Shown here in pieces: positions 46,890 to 57,535 of a stretch of DNA of 64,000 bases. Source of the DNA: Minisyncoccota bacterium (GTDB taxonomy: Bacteria > Patescibacteriota > Minisyncoccia > SW-4-49-11); NCBI GenBank assembly GCA_032117235.1, contig JAULZW010000006.1, positions 2,532-66,531 on the forward strand, written 5' to 3'. Positions within the stretch are counted from its first letter, which is position 1. Every line of letters starts with the position of its first letter. The notes beneath the pieces are model-generated. The model worked only from the letters and a program-made list of their open reading frames with translations, did no database searches and was not told the origin of the DNA. The position numbers and the translations under genes were made by a program.

Positions 46890-48674
46890 ATGTCAGCTAA
46901 GGGATCTCAAAGTAGTAATAAAATAATTAGAAAAAAAGCAAAGGAAAATTGGAGATTCTGGACTTTGATTAGCGGTATAGTTCTTATATTTGGAGTTCTT
47001 ATTGTGAGATTATTTCAAATTCAAATTTTAGAACATGAGAAATATAAAGCTAAGGCTGAAAATAAGCATCAAGGGGAGTTTAAATTATTTGGAGACAGGG
47101 GTAATATATATTTTCAAAATATTAAATCTGGAGATAATTTCCCAGTTGCAATTAATTTAAGTAGTTATGATGTTGGAATAGATTCCAATTTTATTAGTCA
47201 ACACAATGAGTCTAATAAGGTTCAAATTAAAGAAATTATTGAACAGAATTTTCCGGATATAGATAAATCTAAATTAGAAGAAGAACTGAATAAAACTGAT
47301 AGTAAATATTATATTTTTGCTAGAGATGTACCAGAGTCTATTGTTAATCCTATTAAAGATAAAAAGCTTCGAGGCTTGATTTTGGAAAAAAAATCTACAA
47401 GGTATTATCCAGAAAAAAACTTAGGATCTCAAATTATAGGATTTGTATCTAAAAATGATAAAGTTGGGCAGTATGGAATTGAGCAGTATTATGATGAGCA
47501 ATTAAAAGGACAGGATGGATTAGCTAAAGTGGAAGCCAAAGATAGGAGAGGAGTGTGGCTAGCTAACACAGATATACAGAAGCAGGATGCGGTCAATGGG
47601 TCTAATATTGTTTTAACGATTGATCATACTTTACAATTTAAATTAGAGGAAGTTTTAGATGAATTGGCGAAAGAATATAAAACAAAAGTTGTTTTGGGAG
47701 CTATTATGAACCCTAAAACTGGTGATATATTAGCAATGGCCTCTACTCCCAGCTTTGATGCTAATGAGTATAATAATGTTAATGATATTGGGGTATATAA
47801 AAATCCCTTCGTATCCAGTCGTTATGATCAAGGATCTATTTTTAAGCCAATTACAGTTGGAATTGGGCTTGATAAAGGTGTTATTACCCCAAACACCACT
47901 TACGAGGATAAAGGTAAGGAAATAATCAATACCTTTGAAGTATCAAATTGGTCTAATAAGGCTTATGGGATACAAAGTATGAGTTATGCTTTAGAAAACT
48001 CTTTGAATTTAGGTATGATTTTTATTCAGCGTAAATTAGGTAGAGATGCTTTTATGTCAGGAATACTAGATCAATTTCAAATAGGTAATAAAACAGGTAT
48101 TGATTTACCAGGAGAAGTTAATAATGATATTAGTAACTTAACAAAATTAGCTAGAGATGCTAGGGAAATTGACTATGCTAACATATCTTTTGGACAGGGT
48201 ATATCAATTACTCCAATTAGAATGTTAACTTCGTTCAATAGTATTGTTAATGAGGGTAAAATTATGAAGCCAAGAATTGTGAAGTCAATTCAAGCTCCAG
48301 ATGGAAAAACGCAAACTTTTGAGCCAAAAATACAAGGACAATCTATGTCAGCGGAAAGTGCTAAACAATTATCAGAGATGCTAGTAGATGTTGTGGAAAA
48401 AGGATCTGCTAAATCAGCTTCAGTATCTGGTTATAGCATAGGTGGAAAGACTGGTACAGGACAAATTTTAGTTGATGGTAAATATATTAAAGATGGAGGT
48501 CCAACTTATCAGTCCTTTATAGAATTTGCTACTTTAGACAATCCAAAGTATACTTTACTTATATCTCTTGATAGTCCACAGGGATCAAGGTTTGCGGATG
48601 GTTCTGTTGTTCCAAAGGTGAAAGGACTGAATGAGTTTTTATTGAATTACTTTGCTATTCCCCCAGATAAATAA
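46890..48674 (+). CDS. ftsI: Penicillin-binding protein (FtsI/PBP2-type transpeptidase)
   Basis: N-terminal TM helix and the transpeptidase motifs 'SIFKP' (SxxK), 'SNW' and 'GKTGTG' (KTG). Confidence 0.85.
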   Translation: MSAKGSQSSNKIIRKKAKENWRFWTLISGIVLIFGVLIVRLFQIQILEHEKYKAKAENKHQGEFKLFGDRGNIYFQNIKSGDNFPVAINLSSYDVGIDSNFISQHNESNKVQIKEIIEQNFPDIDKSKLEEELNKTDSKYYIFARDVPESIVNPIKDKKLRGLILEKKSTRYYPEKNLGSQIIGFVSKNDKVGQYGIEQYYDEQLKGQDGLAKVEAKDRRGVWLANTDIQKQDAVNGSNIVLTIDHTLQFKLEEVLDELAKEYKTKVVLGAIMNPKTGDILAMASTPSFDANEYNNVNDIGVYKNPFVSSRYDQGSIFKPITVGIGLDKGVITPNTTYEDKGKEIINTFEVSNWSNKAYGIQSMSYALENSLNLGMIFIQRKLGRDAFMSGILDQFQIGNKTGIDLPGEVNNDISNLTKLARDAREIDYANISFGQGISITPIRMLTSFNSIVNEGKIMKPRIVKSIQAPDGKTQTFEPKIQGQSMSAESAKQLSEMLVDVVEKGSAKSASVSGYSIGGKTGTGQILVDGKYIKDGGPTYQSFIEFATLDNPKYTLLISLDSPQGSRFADGSVVPKVKGLNEFLLNYFAIPPDK

Positions 48675-48691
48675 ATCTAATATAGAGTGTT

Positions 48692-49999
48692 ATGAAATTT
48701 CTAATATATCGAATCTTAAAATATGCTAGTAAAAAATTATTAAAAAGATATAATCCTACTATTATAGGTGTAGTTGGTAATGTGGGTAAAACAAGTATGA
48801 GGGCTAATATAGTTTTATTTTTAGAACAATTTAGTCCAGTTGGAACTAATATTGATAATTATAATACCCCTATAGGAATTACCTTATCTTTTATTGATGA
48901 AAAATTTCCTGGAAAAAATATTTTTGCTTGGCTTAGAATTATATTCAAATCTTTATCTAAATCTTGGTTTGGAGATAGTGAGTTTGCACCCATTTGGGTT
49001 TTAGAAATTGGGGTTGATACTCCAGGAGATATGGATGAATTCATAACAGATTTTTTGAAGTTTGATGTAGTTGTATTCGGTTTTATTGGAGAACATCCTG
49101 TTCATTTAGCTCAATTTAAGGATAGAAAACAATTAATTCAAGAAGATGCCAAGATATTAAGGGCCTTGAAATCAGATGGAACTCTTATTATAGATGGGGA
49201 TGATTTCGTATTAAAACCTATTTATCGTAAAAGAGGAAATGTAATTACTTTTGGATTTGGAGATACACATATAAAGGCTTCTGATTTTAAGGTTGCTATT
49301 GAATCTGTTAATTCTGAAGAACAATGGTCTAATTATTATAGTAGTATTGTACCTAAAGGTAAGTTTAAAGTTGAATATAAGGGTAGTAGTATACCATTTC
49401 AGGTAGATTATGTTTTGGGGAAACATCAGGTAAACTCGATCTTGCCATCTATTGCATTGGGGCTAGTAGATGGTATGAATTTAGTTGATATTTCACAACA
49501 AATAAAGAAAATTGTTCCTGTTAGGGGGAGACTCAGATGTCTTGAGGGTATAAAAGATACTTTGTTAATAGATGACACTTATAATGCGGCTCCTGCTGCT
49601 ATGGCTATGGCTTTAGATGCAGTTTCTCGGCTTAATGTAAAGGGAGTTCGCAAAGTAGCGGTTTTAGGTGAAATGAAGGAATTAGGTCCTGATTCACAAG
49701 CTATTCATCAAGATATTGGAGCTTTAGCCGCTGAAATAGTAGATGTATGTGTTTGTGTTGGAGAGGGTGCTAAAGATATTCTATTGGCTTTTCATAAACA
49801 CAATCCTAGTGGTCTATATCATTGGTTCAAAAATTCTGAAGAAGCAGCTTCCAAAATAGTTGACTTTATTACGGCAGATGATATTATTATAGTAAAGGGT
49901 TCACAGTCATCTAGGATGGAAAAAGTTTCTTTAGAGTTATTATCTAATAAAAGATATCGTAAAGAATTATTAACTAGACAATCAGCAGAGTGGCTGTAA
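48692..49999 (+). CDS. murF: UDP-MurNAc-tripeptide--D-alanyl-D-alanine ligase MurF
   Basis: Mur ligase P-loop 'GVVGNVGKTS' and the MurF-type 'DDTYNAAPAAM'. Confidence 0.8.
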   Translation: MKFLIYRILKYASKKLLKRYNPTIIGVVGNVGKTSMRANIVLFLEQFSPVGTNIDNYNTPIGITLSFIDEKFPGKNIFAWLRIIFKSLSKSWFGDSEFAPIWVLEIGVDTPGDMDEFITDFLKFDVVVFGFIGEHPVHLAQFKDRKQLIQEDAKILRALKSDGTLIIDGDDFVLKPIYRKRGNVITFGFGDTHIKASDFKVAIESVNSEEQWSNYYSSIVPKGKFKVEYKGSSIPFQVDYVLGKHQVNSILPSIALGLVDGMNLVDISQQIKKIVPVRGRLRCLEGIKDTLLIDDTYNAAPAAMAMALDAVSRLNVKGVRKVAVLGEMKELGPDSQAIHQDIGALAAEIVDVCVCVGEGAKDILLAFHKHNPSGLYHWFKNSEEAASKIVDFITADDIIIVKGSQSSRMEKVSLELLSNKRYRKELLTRQSAEWL

Positions 50000-50000
50000 A

Positions 50001-50225
50001 TTGAAATATATGAAAAAAACAGAGCAATCATTTAAGCAGATTTTCAGTGAATTAGAGACACTTACTAAAGAATTGGAAAATAATGATGTGATTGAGTTAG
50101 AGAAGGGAGTTCAGTTATTTGAAAAAGGTATGGAGCTCTCTAAAATATGTCGATCAAAACTAAGTATAATGGAGAATAAAATTATAAATATAAAGAATAA
50201 ATATGCTAATAATGAAAAAGATTAA
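50001..50225 (+). CDS. xseB: Exodeoxyribonuclease VII small subunit-like protein
   Basis: 74 aa. 'SFKQIFSELETLTKELENNDV.ELEKGVQLFEKGMELSKICRSKL' aligns with the XseB pattern. Confidence 0.55.
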   Translation: MKYMKKTEQSFKQIFSELETLTKELENNDVIELEKGVQLFEKGMELSKICRSKLSIMENKIINIKNKYANNEKD

Positions 50226-52026
50226 ATATAATTTGCTTTTACTGTCTATAATATTTATATTACCAAATATTGCGTTTGCTGACACAGGTGATAAAATTGT
50301 ATACACTAACTGTGAGATTCAGTCTTATGAGGAACAATTAGCTGATAATTTTTATTTAGTAGATAATGTTGATGCTAACCAAGGTTGTGTTGTTAAGTCT
50401 ATTCCAGATCAAAGAATTCACCTAACTTCTAATGATTCAAATTATGCAGATCAATGGGCATTAAAAAATGTAGGCCAATCTATTCTAGGTCAATCTGGAC
50501 TATCTGGTGTTGATGTTGACTTTACCAATGCCTATCCTAAAATATCTAATATAGCTAAAGGTAATACTAAAATTGCCGTTATTGATACAGGTGTAACTAT
50601 TATACCAGAGCTTTCTGGTCAGATTTTGTCTGGTTATAATTTTATTAATAATTCTAACAATGCTAATGATGATAATGGTCATGGCACATTTATCTCTAGT
50701 ATTATTGCCTCTAAAGTTAATAACTCAATAGGTATTGCTGGGATTAACGATAGAGTCAATATTTTGCCACTAAAAGTTTTAGACTCAGAGGGTAAAGGTT
50801 TTTTGTCAGATTTAATCAAAGCAATTCAGTATTCCATAGATCAAAATGTATCTATTATTAATCTTAGTCTAGCTTCTACTTCATTTGACCCTATTCTTAA
50901 TAATATTATTGAATCGGCTTATCAAAGAGGGGTAATTGTTGTGGCTGCTGCTGGTAATAGTGGTATTAATATTACATCGCCTAATGTTTCCCCTCTAAAT
51001 AATGATGGTAATAAAAATTGGGTTGTTGGTGTTGGTGCAATTGATAATAAAGGTAATAGACCAAATTACTCAAATTATGGGCTAGGGGTAGATGTTGTAG
51101 TGCCGGGAGATAAAATTTTAGGTTATAATAACAATAATGTTTTAGAATATAGGTCTGGAACTTCTATGGCAGCGGCTATAATGACTGGGGTTTTATCAGC
51201 TTGGAGAGATTATTATGGAGAATTAAATACTGACGAGGCTCATAATCTTATTAAAAGCTCAAGTAAGTCTTTAAGATTGATTTCTATGGATAGTGTTATG
51301 ACAAGACGAAATTATCCAAATGGTTCTCTAATAAGAACTTCTAATTCAGGTGTTTATCTTATAAAACAAGGAGTCAAGAGGCCAATTATTGATCCAATTA
51401 TATTCTTGTCCTATTATTATAAATGGCAAGATATTTTAGTGGTGAGCGATGTTAGTTTCAACTCTATTCCTACGGGAGATGCTTTACCTTTAAGAGAAGG
51501 ATTTTTGATTTCTGATAAAGATAAGGTATATGTTATAGAGCAGGGTATGAAAAGACCTATTGCTTCACCAGAAGTGTTTTTAGGGTTAGGATATAAATGG
51601 GGTAATATATCTAGTGCTTCTAATTCAGTATTGGATTTACATCCTACAGGCTCAATTATATCTGATATAAATCAAATCCCAAATGGTAGTGTAGTATTTT
51701 CTGAAGGTACAGGTGCTTATTTAATAGAGAATGGTAAAAAACTACCTTTCTCTACACCATATACTTATCTTTCTAGGTATAGCTGGAGTGATTTAATTAA
51801 GATTAGACTGACTTTGTTAAACTCTTTTCCTACAGCCAATGAAGTGTATCCTCAAGAAGGTTCAATTATTAGAGATGATGGAGCTGTGTATTGGATAGAA
51901 AATAATACTAAGCGTCCATTCGCATCTCCACAGGCTTTCCTTGGGATGGGTTTGTCTTGGGGTAGAGTTATTTATCCTCCTTTGACTGTGTTGAATAGTT
52001 TGTCTAAAGGTGATATTATACAATAA
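50203..52026 (+). CDS. Secreted subtilisin-like serine protease (S8) with C-terminal copies of the shared 65-70-aa repeat
   Basis: Signal peptide. Catalytic triad contexts 'AVIDTGV', 'HGTFISSIIAS' and 'GTSMAAAIMTG'. Four C-terminal repeats follow, like those in 14225-17778. Confidence 0.8.
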   Translation: MLIMKKIKYNLLLLSIIFILPNIAFADTGDKIVYTNCEIQSYEEQLADNFYLVDNVDANQGCVVKSIPDQRIHLTSNDSNYADQWALKNVGQSILGQSGLSGVDVDFTNAYPKISNIAKGNTKIAVIDTGVTIIPELSGQILSGYNFINNSNNANDDNGHGTFISSIIASKVNNSIGIAGINDRVNILPLKVLDSEGKGFLSDLIKAIQYSIDQNVSIINLSLASTSFDPILNNIIESAYQRGVIVVAAAGNSGINITSPNVSPLNNDGNKNWVVGVGAIDNKGNRPNYSNYGLGVDVVVPGDKILGYNNNNVLEYRSGTSMAAAIMTGVLSAWRDYYGELNTDEAHNLIKSSSKSLRLISMDSVMTRRNYPNGSLIRTSNSGVYLIKQGVKRPIIDPIIFLSYYYKWQDILVVSDVSFNSIPTGDALPLREGFLISDKDKVYVIEQGMKRPIASPEVFLGLGYKWGNISSASNSVLDLHPTGSIISDINQIPNGSVVFSEGTGAYLIENGKKLPFSTPYTYLSRYSWSDLIKIRLTLLNSFPTANEVYPQEGSIIRDDGAVYWIENNTKRPFASPQAFLGMGLSWGRVIYPPLTVLNSLSKGDIIQ

Positions 52027-52049
52027 ATATTATTAATAAAATATATACT

Positions 52050-53078
52050 ATGAAAAAAAGAATAGCAATTAATGGTTTTGGAAGAATTGGGCGAACAGTA
52101 TTAAAAATTTCCCTTTTACCTCCATATAATGAGCAGTTAGAAATCGTGGCTGTAAATGATTTAGGAGATGTACAAAATCTAGCTTATTTAGTGAAATATG
52201 ATTCGGTTTACGGTACTATTCCACAAGAAATATCAGTTATAGAAAGGGAAGGAAAGCCATATATTAAAATTGATAGTCAAGAAATTTTAGTTTGTTCTGA
52301 AAAAGATCCATCTAATTTACCTTGGGGTAATTTGGGTATTGATGTTGTAATTGAATCTACTGGTTTTTTTACTAGTACTGAAAAATCTAAAGCTCATATT
52401 GAAGCTGGAGCAAAAAGAGTCGTTATCTCAGCACCTACTAAAGACGAGACTCCAATAGTAACTCCATCATTGAATGAAGACTCTCTTAAAGATGTACTTA
52501 TTAGCTCTAATGCATCTTGTACTACTAATGCTACTAACCCAGTAGCTTCAGTTATTCATGAGGCTCTAGGTATTGAAAAAGCTTTATTATCTACAGTTCA
52601 TGCTTATACTGCTACACAATCTTTAGTAGATGGTATGGCTGATCCAAGTGATTTGAGAAGAGGCAGAGCTGGAGCACAAAATATTATACCCTCTACTACT
52701 GGTGCAGCAAAAGCTGTTAGTAAGGTTATCCCTGATTTAGCTAATAAATTTGATGGAGTGGCAGTTAGGGTTCCCGTAGTAGGGGGGTCTTTAATAGACT
52801 TGACAATGTTAGTTTCAAGAGATACTACAGTTGAGGAAATTAATCAGATTTTGACTAATGCTGCTGAATCTGAAAAATGGAAAGGTATTCTAGGTGTTAC
52901 AAATGCTCCAATTGTGTCAACCGACATATTAAAAACTTCTTATGGTAGTTTAGTGGCCTTAGATTTGACTCAAGTAGTGGATGGAGATTTAATCAAAGTT
53001 ATGGCTTGGTATGATAATGAATGGAGTTATACATCAATGTTGATGAAACACGTTGTCACTGTTCTTAACTTTCTATAA
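52050..53078 (+). CDS. gap: Glyceraldehyde-3-phosphate dehydrogenase
   Basis: 'INGFGRIGR' and the active site 'ASCTTNA'. Confidence 0.95.
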   Translation: MKKRIAINGFGRIGRTVLKISLLPPYNEQLEIVAVNDLGDVQNLAYLVKYDSVYGTIPQEISVIEREGKPYIKIDSQEILVCSEKDPSNLPWGNLGIDVVIESTGFFTSTEKSKAHIEAGAKRVVISAPTKDETPIVTPSLNEDSLKDVLISSNASCTTNATNPVASVIHEALGIEKALLSTVHAYTATQSLVDGMADPSDLRRGRAGAQNIIPSTTGAAKAVSKVIPDLANKFDGVAVRVPVVGGSLIDLTMLVSRDTTVEEINQILTNAAESEKWKGILGVTNAPIVSTDILKTSYGSLVALDLTQVVDGDLIKVMAWYDNEWSYTSMLMKHVVTVLNFL

Positions 53079-53130
53079 AAGTCTTCATATATTATGATAT
53101 AATATATTTATAAATTATAGATTGTTTTAT

Positions 53131-53508
53131 ATGTCTACTATATTTACAAAAATAAGAGAAGGTCTCATTTCAGGATTTATATTCGACGATAATGGTGAAT
53201 TTTTTGTTATTCATACTAATAATCCAATTCAGTTAGGACATTTATTAGTAATTCCGTATAATGAGACAGATTATATTTTTGATTTAGATGATAGTACTTA
53301 TGATAAATTGTGGAAATATGTAAAAAATATATCTATTCGTTTACAACAAGTTACAGGAGCTAAAAAAATTGCAATTAAAGTTGAAGGTATGGAGGTTAAT
53401 CATGTACATATACACTTAATTCCTATTAATAATCCTTCAGATATGTTGGAGCATACCAAGGTTACAGCTCAAGAAATAATAGATTTGCAAAATAGATTCA
53501 AACATTAA
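53131..53508 (+). CDS. HIT-family (histidine triad) protein
   Basis: 'HVHIHLIP' triad. The alternative start is 53122. Confidence 0.7.
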   Translation: MSTIFTKIREGLISGFIFDDNGEFFVIHTNNPIQLGHLLVIPYNETDYIFDLDDSTYDKLWKYVKNISIRLQQVTGAKKIAIKVEGMEVNHVHIHLIPINNPSDMLEHTKVTAQEIIDLQNRFKH

Positions 53509-53511
53509 ATT

Positions 53512-55659
53512 ATGTCTAAAAAAGAGACTATATCTAATACAAAGATTAAAAGTGAAGCCAAGAGAACAATATTAGGGGTTACATTTGTTGCTTTTTCAAT
53601 ACTAAGTTTTTTATCTTTCTTTTCTTCAGCAGGAGTTTTTGGTAACAGTATTAACAATAGCTTTTCTTTTTTATTTGGGTTTGCTAAGTTTATATTGCCA
53701 TTTATATTATTATATATTGGTGTTAAATTATTAGTCAAACCAAAAACAGTTACAAGTTTCTACTATATAAATTTGTTAGCTTTATTAAATTTATTTATAT
53801 TATTTTTAGGTCTGTTACAATTTGTACAATTTGATAATTCTGAACAGTCTTTAGAGAATGCGAAAAATGGTGTCGGAGGAGGTTATATTGGTTATTATAT
53901 AGGAGCATTGATTAAATATGTATTCGGTGAATTTGGTGGTTTTATAGCTATAATAACTGGTATTAGCATCTCTGCTATTATTTTACTTAATAGAGCAATA
54001 CACCTTGATGGTTTGATATCATTGATGAAACCTATATTTTCTAAAGAAACTAAGATAGAGGATGTTCATCAAGATAATAAAGATAATTCCCAAATTAATT
54101 CTAATAGAATTTTCAATCAAGAAGCTAAAGTAGAAGAATTAGGTGATAAGGTAATATCAAATAATAAAGTTATAATCAATAAAATTCCTGAGTGGATGAA
54201 AGAAAATCAGTTTAGTTTGCCCACAGTAGATTTATTAGAAAAGGGAAAACTAGATGATGGTCCTAAAAGTGGAGATACCAAAAAAAGTTCAGAAATTATT
54301 AAGGGTACATTATCTACTTTTGGTATTGAGGTTGAAATGGGTAAAATTGATGTTGGTCCATCTGTTACGCGATTTATGCTTCGGCCATCTAATGGTATAA
54401 AATTATCCAGAATTACTTCATTACAAAATGATTTAGCTCTAGCTATGGCAGCTCAATCAATTAGAATAGAAGCTCCAATTCCAGGAATGTCATATGTCGG
54501 CGTAGAAACTCCTAATGCTAAAAGAGCCACAGTGAGAATGAGAGAAATTATGGAGTCTAAAGAGTTCAATGATAATGAATATCACTTACCACTTGCTTTA
54601 GGTAGAGACGTTATGAATAAAGTTATTGTCTTTCCATTAGAAAAGATGCCACATTTATTAATTGCAGGAGCTACAGGAGCTGGTAAGTCTATGGGACTGA
54701 ATGCTATGATTTTAAGTATGTTATATAAAAACCCACCTTCTAAATTAAAATTTATATTTATTGACCCTAAAAGAGTTGAGTTATCTACATATAATGGTAT
54801 ACCTCATCTTTTAACTCCAGCTATAGTTAGTCCCGAAAAAGCTATGAATGCTCTAAATTGGTGTGTAGGAGAGATGGAAAGACGTTATGAAACTTTAGCA
54901 AAAGCAGGAGCAAGAAATATATTCACATATAATGAAAAGATTATAGATGGAACTTTGAAATCAGAAAATGATCAAGAATTAGAAATTATGCCATTTATTG
55001 TTGTTGTAATAGATGAGCTTGCTGATTTAATGAGTAGTCATAAAAAAGAAGTTGAAGGTTCAATTGTGAGAATAGCTCAGATGGCAAGAGCGGTGGGTAT
55101 ACATCTAATTTTAGCTACGCAAAGACCATCCACAGATGTAATTACGGGTATTATAAAAGCTAATTTACCATCTAGAGTGAGCTTTCAGGTGGCTTCTCAA
55201 ATTGACTCCAGAACTGTACTAGATATGATGGGAGCAGAAAAATTATTAGGTATGGGAGATATGTTGTTTTTAGGTGGTGATTTATCCAAACCTCAGAGAA
55301 TACAAGGTCCTTTTGTTCCGGAGAATGAAGTGAAATCTGTTGTTAAGTGGTTAAAAAGTCAAGGAGAAAACCAATATGACAACTCTATTACGGAGTCAGA
55401 ATCACCTAAACAAATTTATTATGACGGTGGAGTAGATTATGGTAGTGAAGGCACAGACACTTTATTTGAGGAAGCAAAAGACTTAGTGTTACAGAGTGGT
55501 AAGGGTTCAGCATCTCTTTTGCAGAGGAGATTAAAGATAGGGTATGCCAGAGCCGCTAGACTATTAGATGAACTAGAAGCAGCTGGAATTGTTGGGCAGG
55601 CTGAAGGGTCTAAGCCTAGAGATGTATTGATAGAAAAACATAGTATAGATAATGAATAA
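53512..55659 (+). CDS. ftsK: DNA translocase FtsK
   Basis: N-terminal TM helices, Walker A 'GATGAGKS', 'VIDELADLM', and a C-terminal gamma winged-helix domain. Confidence 0.9.
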   Translation: MSKKETISNTKIKSEAKRTILGVTFVAFSILSFLSFFSSAGVFGNSINNSFSFLFGFAKFILPFILLYIGVKLLVKPKTVTSFYYINLLALLNLFILFLGLLQFVQFDNSEQSLENAKNGVGGGYIGYYIGALIKYVFGEFGGFIAIITGISISAIILLNRAIHLDGLISLMKPIFSKETKIEDVHQDNKDNSQINSNRIFNQEAKVEELGDKVISNNKVIINKIPEWMKENQFSLPTVDLLEKGKLDDGPKSGDTKKSSEIIKGTLSTFGIEVEMGKIDVGPSVTRFMLRPSNGIKLSRITSLQNDLALAMAAQSIRIEAPIPGMSYVGVETPNAKRATVRMREIMESKEFNDNEYHLPLALGRDVMNKVIVFPLEKMPHLLIAGATGAGKSMGLNAMILSMLYKNPPSKLKFIFIDPKRVELSTYNGIPHLLTPAIVSPEKAMNALNWCVGEMERRYETLAKAGARNIFTYNEKIIDGTLKSENDQELEIMPFIVVVIDELADLMSSHKKEVEGSIVRIAQMARAVGIHLILATQRPSTDVITGIIKANLPSRVSFQVASQIDSRTVLDMMGAEKLLGMGDMLFLGGDLSKPQRIQGPFVPENEVKSVVKWLKSQGENQYDNSITESESPKQIYYDGGVDYGSEGTDTLFEEAKDLVLQSGKGSASLLQRRLKIGYARAARLLDELEAAGIVGQAEGSKPRDVLIEKHSIDNE

Positions 55660-56281
55660 GCAAAAGATAACTTTAGGATATGTGTTAAGAAAATATAGGT
55701 CAAAGTCTAATTTAGATATAGATAGACTATCCTATAAAATATCAACAGACATTGATTATATTATAGCTTTAGAAAAGGGAAATTATAAAATTTTCACATC
55801 ATTCAATCAAGCCTTGCCAATAATTAGAAAGTTAAGTTATACACTTGGTTTGAAGTATCAAAGTTTAGTAGAGCTGTATAATAAGGAGTATGAGTTTTAT
55901 ATTCACAATAATAACAATAATATAGTTAAATCTAAGACATTTATAAATTATAACTTATTTAAGTTTAGTGGTGGTTTAATAGTAGGAATTGTTATTCTAG
56001 GTTATTTAATGTTACAAGTATATCAAATGACATATAGTCCAATAATTACTCTAGATAATGCTCAACCTTATCAATTTTATGACAAAGAAGAGTATAAATT
56101 AAATGGTAATTTGTCGAGAGCTAGTCAGTTGACATTGAATGGGCAAAAGGTTACAATTAAAGAAGATGGTAATTTTGAAGCTTTGTTAAATTTACAAAAG
56201 GGTGAAAATAGGATTGAGTTATCTGTAAAAAAAGATAATAAATTCGTAAAAACATTACAAAAAACAATTTATAGACAATAA
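55652..56281 (+). CDS. RodZ-like protein (N-terminal HTH, TM helix, extracytoplasmic domain)
   Basis: 'LGYVLRKYRSKSNLDIDRLSYKISTDIDYIIALEKGNY' matches the RodZ HTH_25 pattern. The TM helix is 'FSGGLIVGIVILGYLMLQVY'. Confidence 0.45.
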   Translation: MNKQKITLGYVLRKYRSKSNLDIDRLSYKISTDIDYIIALEKGNYKIFTSFNQALPIIRKLSYTLGLKYQSLVELYNKEYEFYIHNNNNNIVKSKTFINYNLFKFSGGLIVGIVILGYLMLQVYQMTYSPIITLDNAQPYQFYDKEEYKLNGNLSRASQLTLNGQKVTIKEDGNFEALLNLQKGENRIELSVKKDNKFVKTLQKTIYRQ

Positions 56282-56282
56282 T

Positions 56283-57527
56283 ATGGAAATTAAAAATATT
56301 CAAGGTTATGAGATATTAGACTCTAGAGGAAATCCAACCACAGCTTGTTTAGTTGAGTTATTAGATGGTACTCAAGCAAAGGCATATGTGCCATCTGGAG
56401 CATCTACTGGTTCTCATGAAGCAGTAGAATTAAGAGATGTTGACGAAAATCGTTATAATGGTATGGGTGTGCTGATAGCTGTTAATAATATTAATAGTAT
56501 TATTAAACCAGCCTTGATTTCTAAAAATGCTTATGATCAAGAAAATATTGACCAAATTTTAATAGATTTAGATGGTACTCATAATAAATCAAAATTAGGT
56601 TCTAATGCAATCTTAGCAGTTTCATTAGCAGTTGCTAGGGCCTCAGCTATTTCACAGGGAAAAGAGTTATATCAATATATTCAAGATATATTTAAACCTA
56701 ACTCTAATTTATCTAAGCAATTCCCCCAAATTGGATTTAATGTATTGAATGGAGGTAAGCATGCTGACTCTGGGTTAGATGTACAAGAATATATGATTAT
56801 GCCACTTAAAACGAATATTGATGAAAATATCCGTATTGGATCTGAGATATATCATACTTTAAAAAAGATTCTAGCTAAAAATGGACAAATTGTTTCAGTA
56901 GGAGATGAAGGTGGTTTTGCTCCTAGATTAGACAATAATGAAGCGGGCCTTGACTTATTAGTAAAAGCTATTCAAGAGGCGGGATATGTGCCAGGAATAG
57001 ATTGTTCCTTAGCTTTAGATATTGCAGCCACTGAGTTCTTTGATAGTACTTTACAAAAATATACATTTGATAAACAAATTTATTCTGGAATTGAGTTGTC
57101 TGCTATATATCAAAATTGGTTAAATAAATATCCACTAGTTTCAATAGAAGATCCATTTTCTGAAGATGATTATGTGAGCTGGAGTAATTTTCAAAAACTT
57201 AGGGGCAATTCTTTACGTATAGTTGGAGATGATTTATTAGTAACAAATACAGATAGAATTAAAGAAGCAATTGAAAAGAAACTGTGTAATTCAGTATTAA
57301 TTAAACCAAATCAAATAGGAACATTAACTGAAACTTTAAAGGCTATTAATTTGGCTCATCAAAATAATATGACCACTATGATATCTCATCGTAGTGGAGA
57401 TACAATAGATACATTTATATCTGACTTAGCCGTCGGAGTGTCTGCTAGATATATTAAATCTGGAGCCCCAGCTCGAGCTGAGAGAGTAAGTAAATATAAT
57501 AGATTATTAGAAATATATTATTTTTAA
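56283..57527 (+). CDS. eno: Enolase
   Basis: 'SHRSGDTIDTFISDLAVG...IKSGAPARAERVSKYNRLLEI' together with the N-terminal enolase barrel. Confidence 0.9.
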   Translation: MEIKNIQGYEILDSRGNPTTACLVELLDGTQAKAYVPSGASTGSHEAVELRDVDENRYNGMGVLIAVNNINSIIKPALISKNAYDQENIDQILIDLDGTHNKSKLGSNAILAVSLAVARASAISQGKELYQYIQDIFKPNSNLSKQFPQIGFNVLNGGKHADSGLDVQEYMIMPLKTNIDENIRIGSEIYHTLKKILAKNGQIVSVGDEGGFAPRLDNNEAGLDLLVKAIQEAGYVPGIDCSLALDIAATEFFDSTLQKYTFDKQIYSGIELSAIYQNWLNKYPLVSIEDPFSEDDYVSWSNFQKLRGNSLRIVGDDLLVTNTDRIKEAIEKKLCNSVLIKPNQIGTLTETLKAINLAHQNNMTTMISHRSGDTIDTFISDLAVGVSARYIKSGAPARAERVSKYNRLLEIYYF

Positions 57528-57535
57528 TTAAAAAA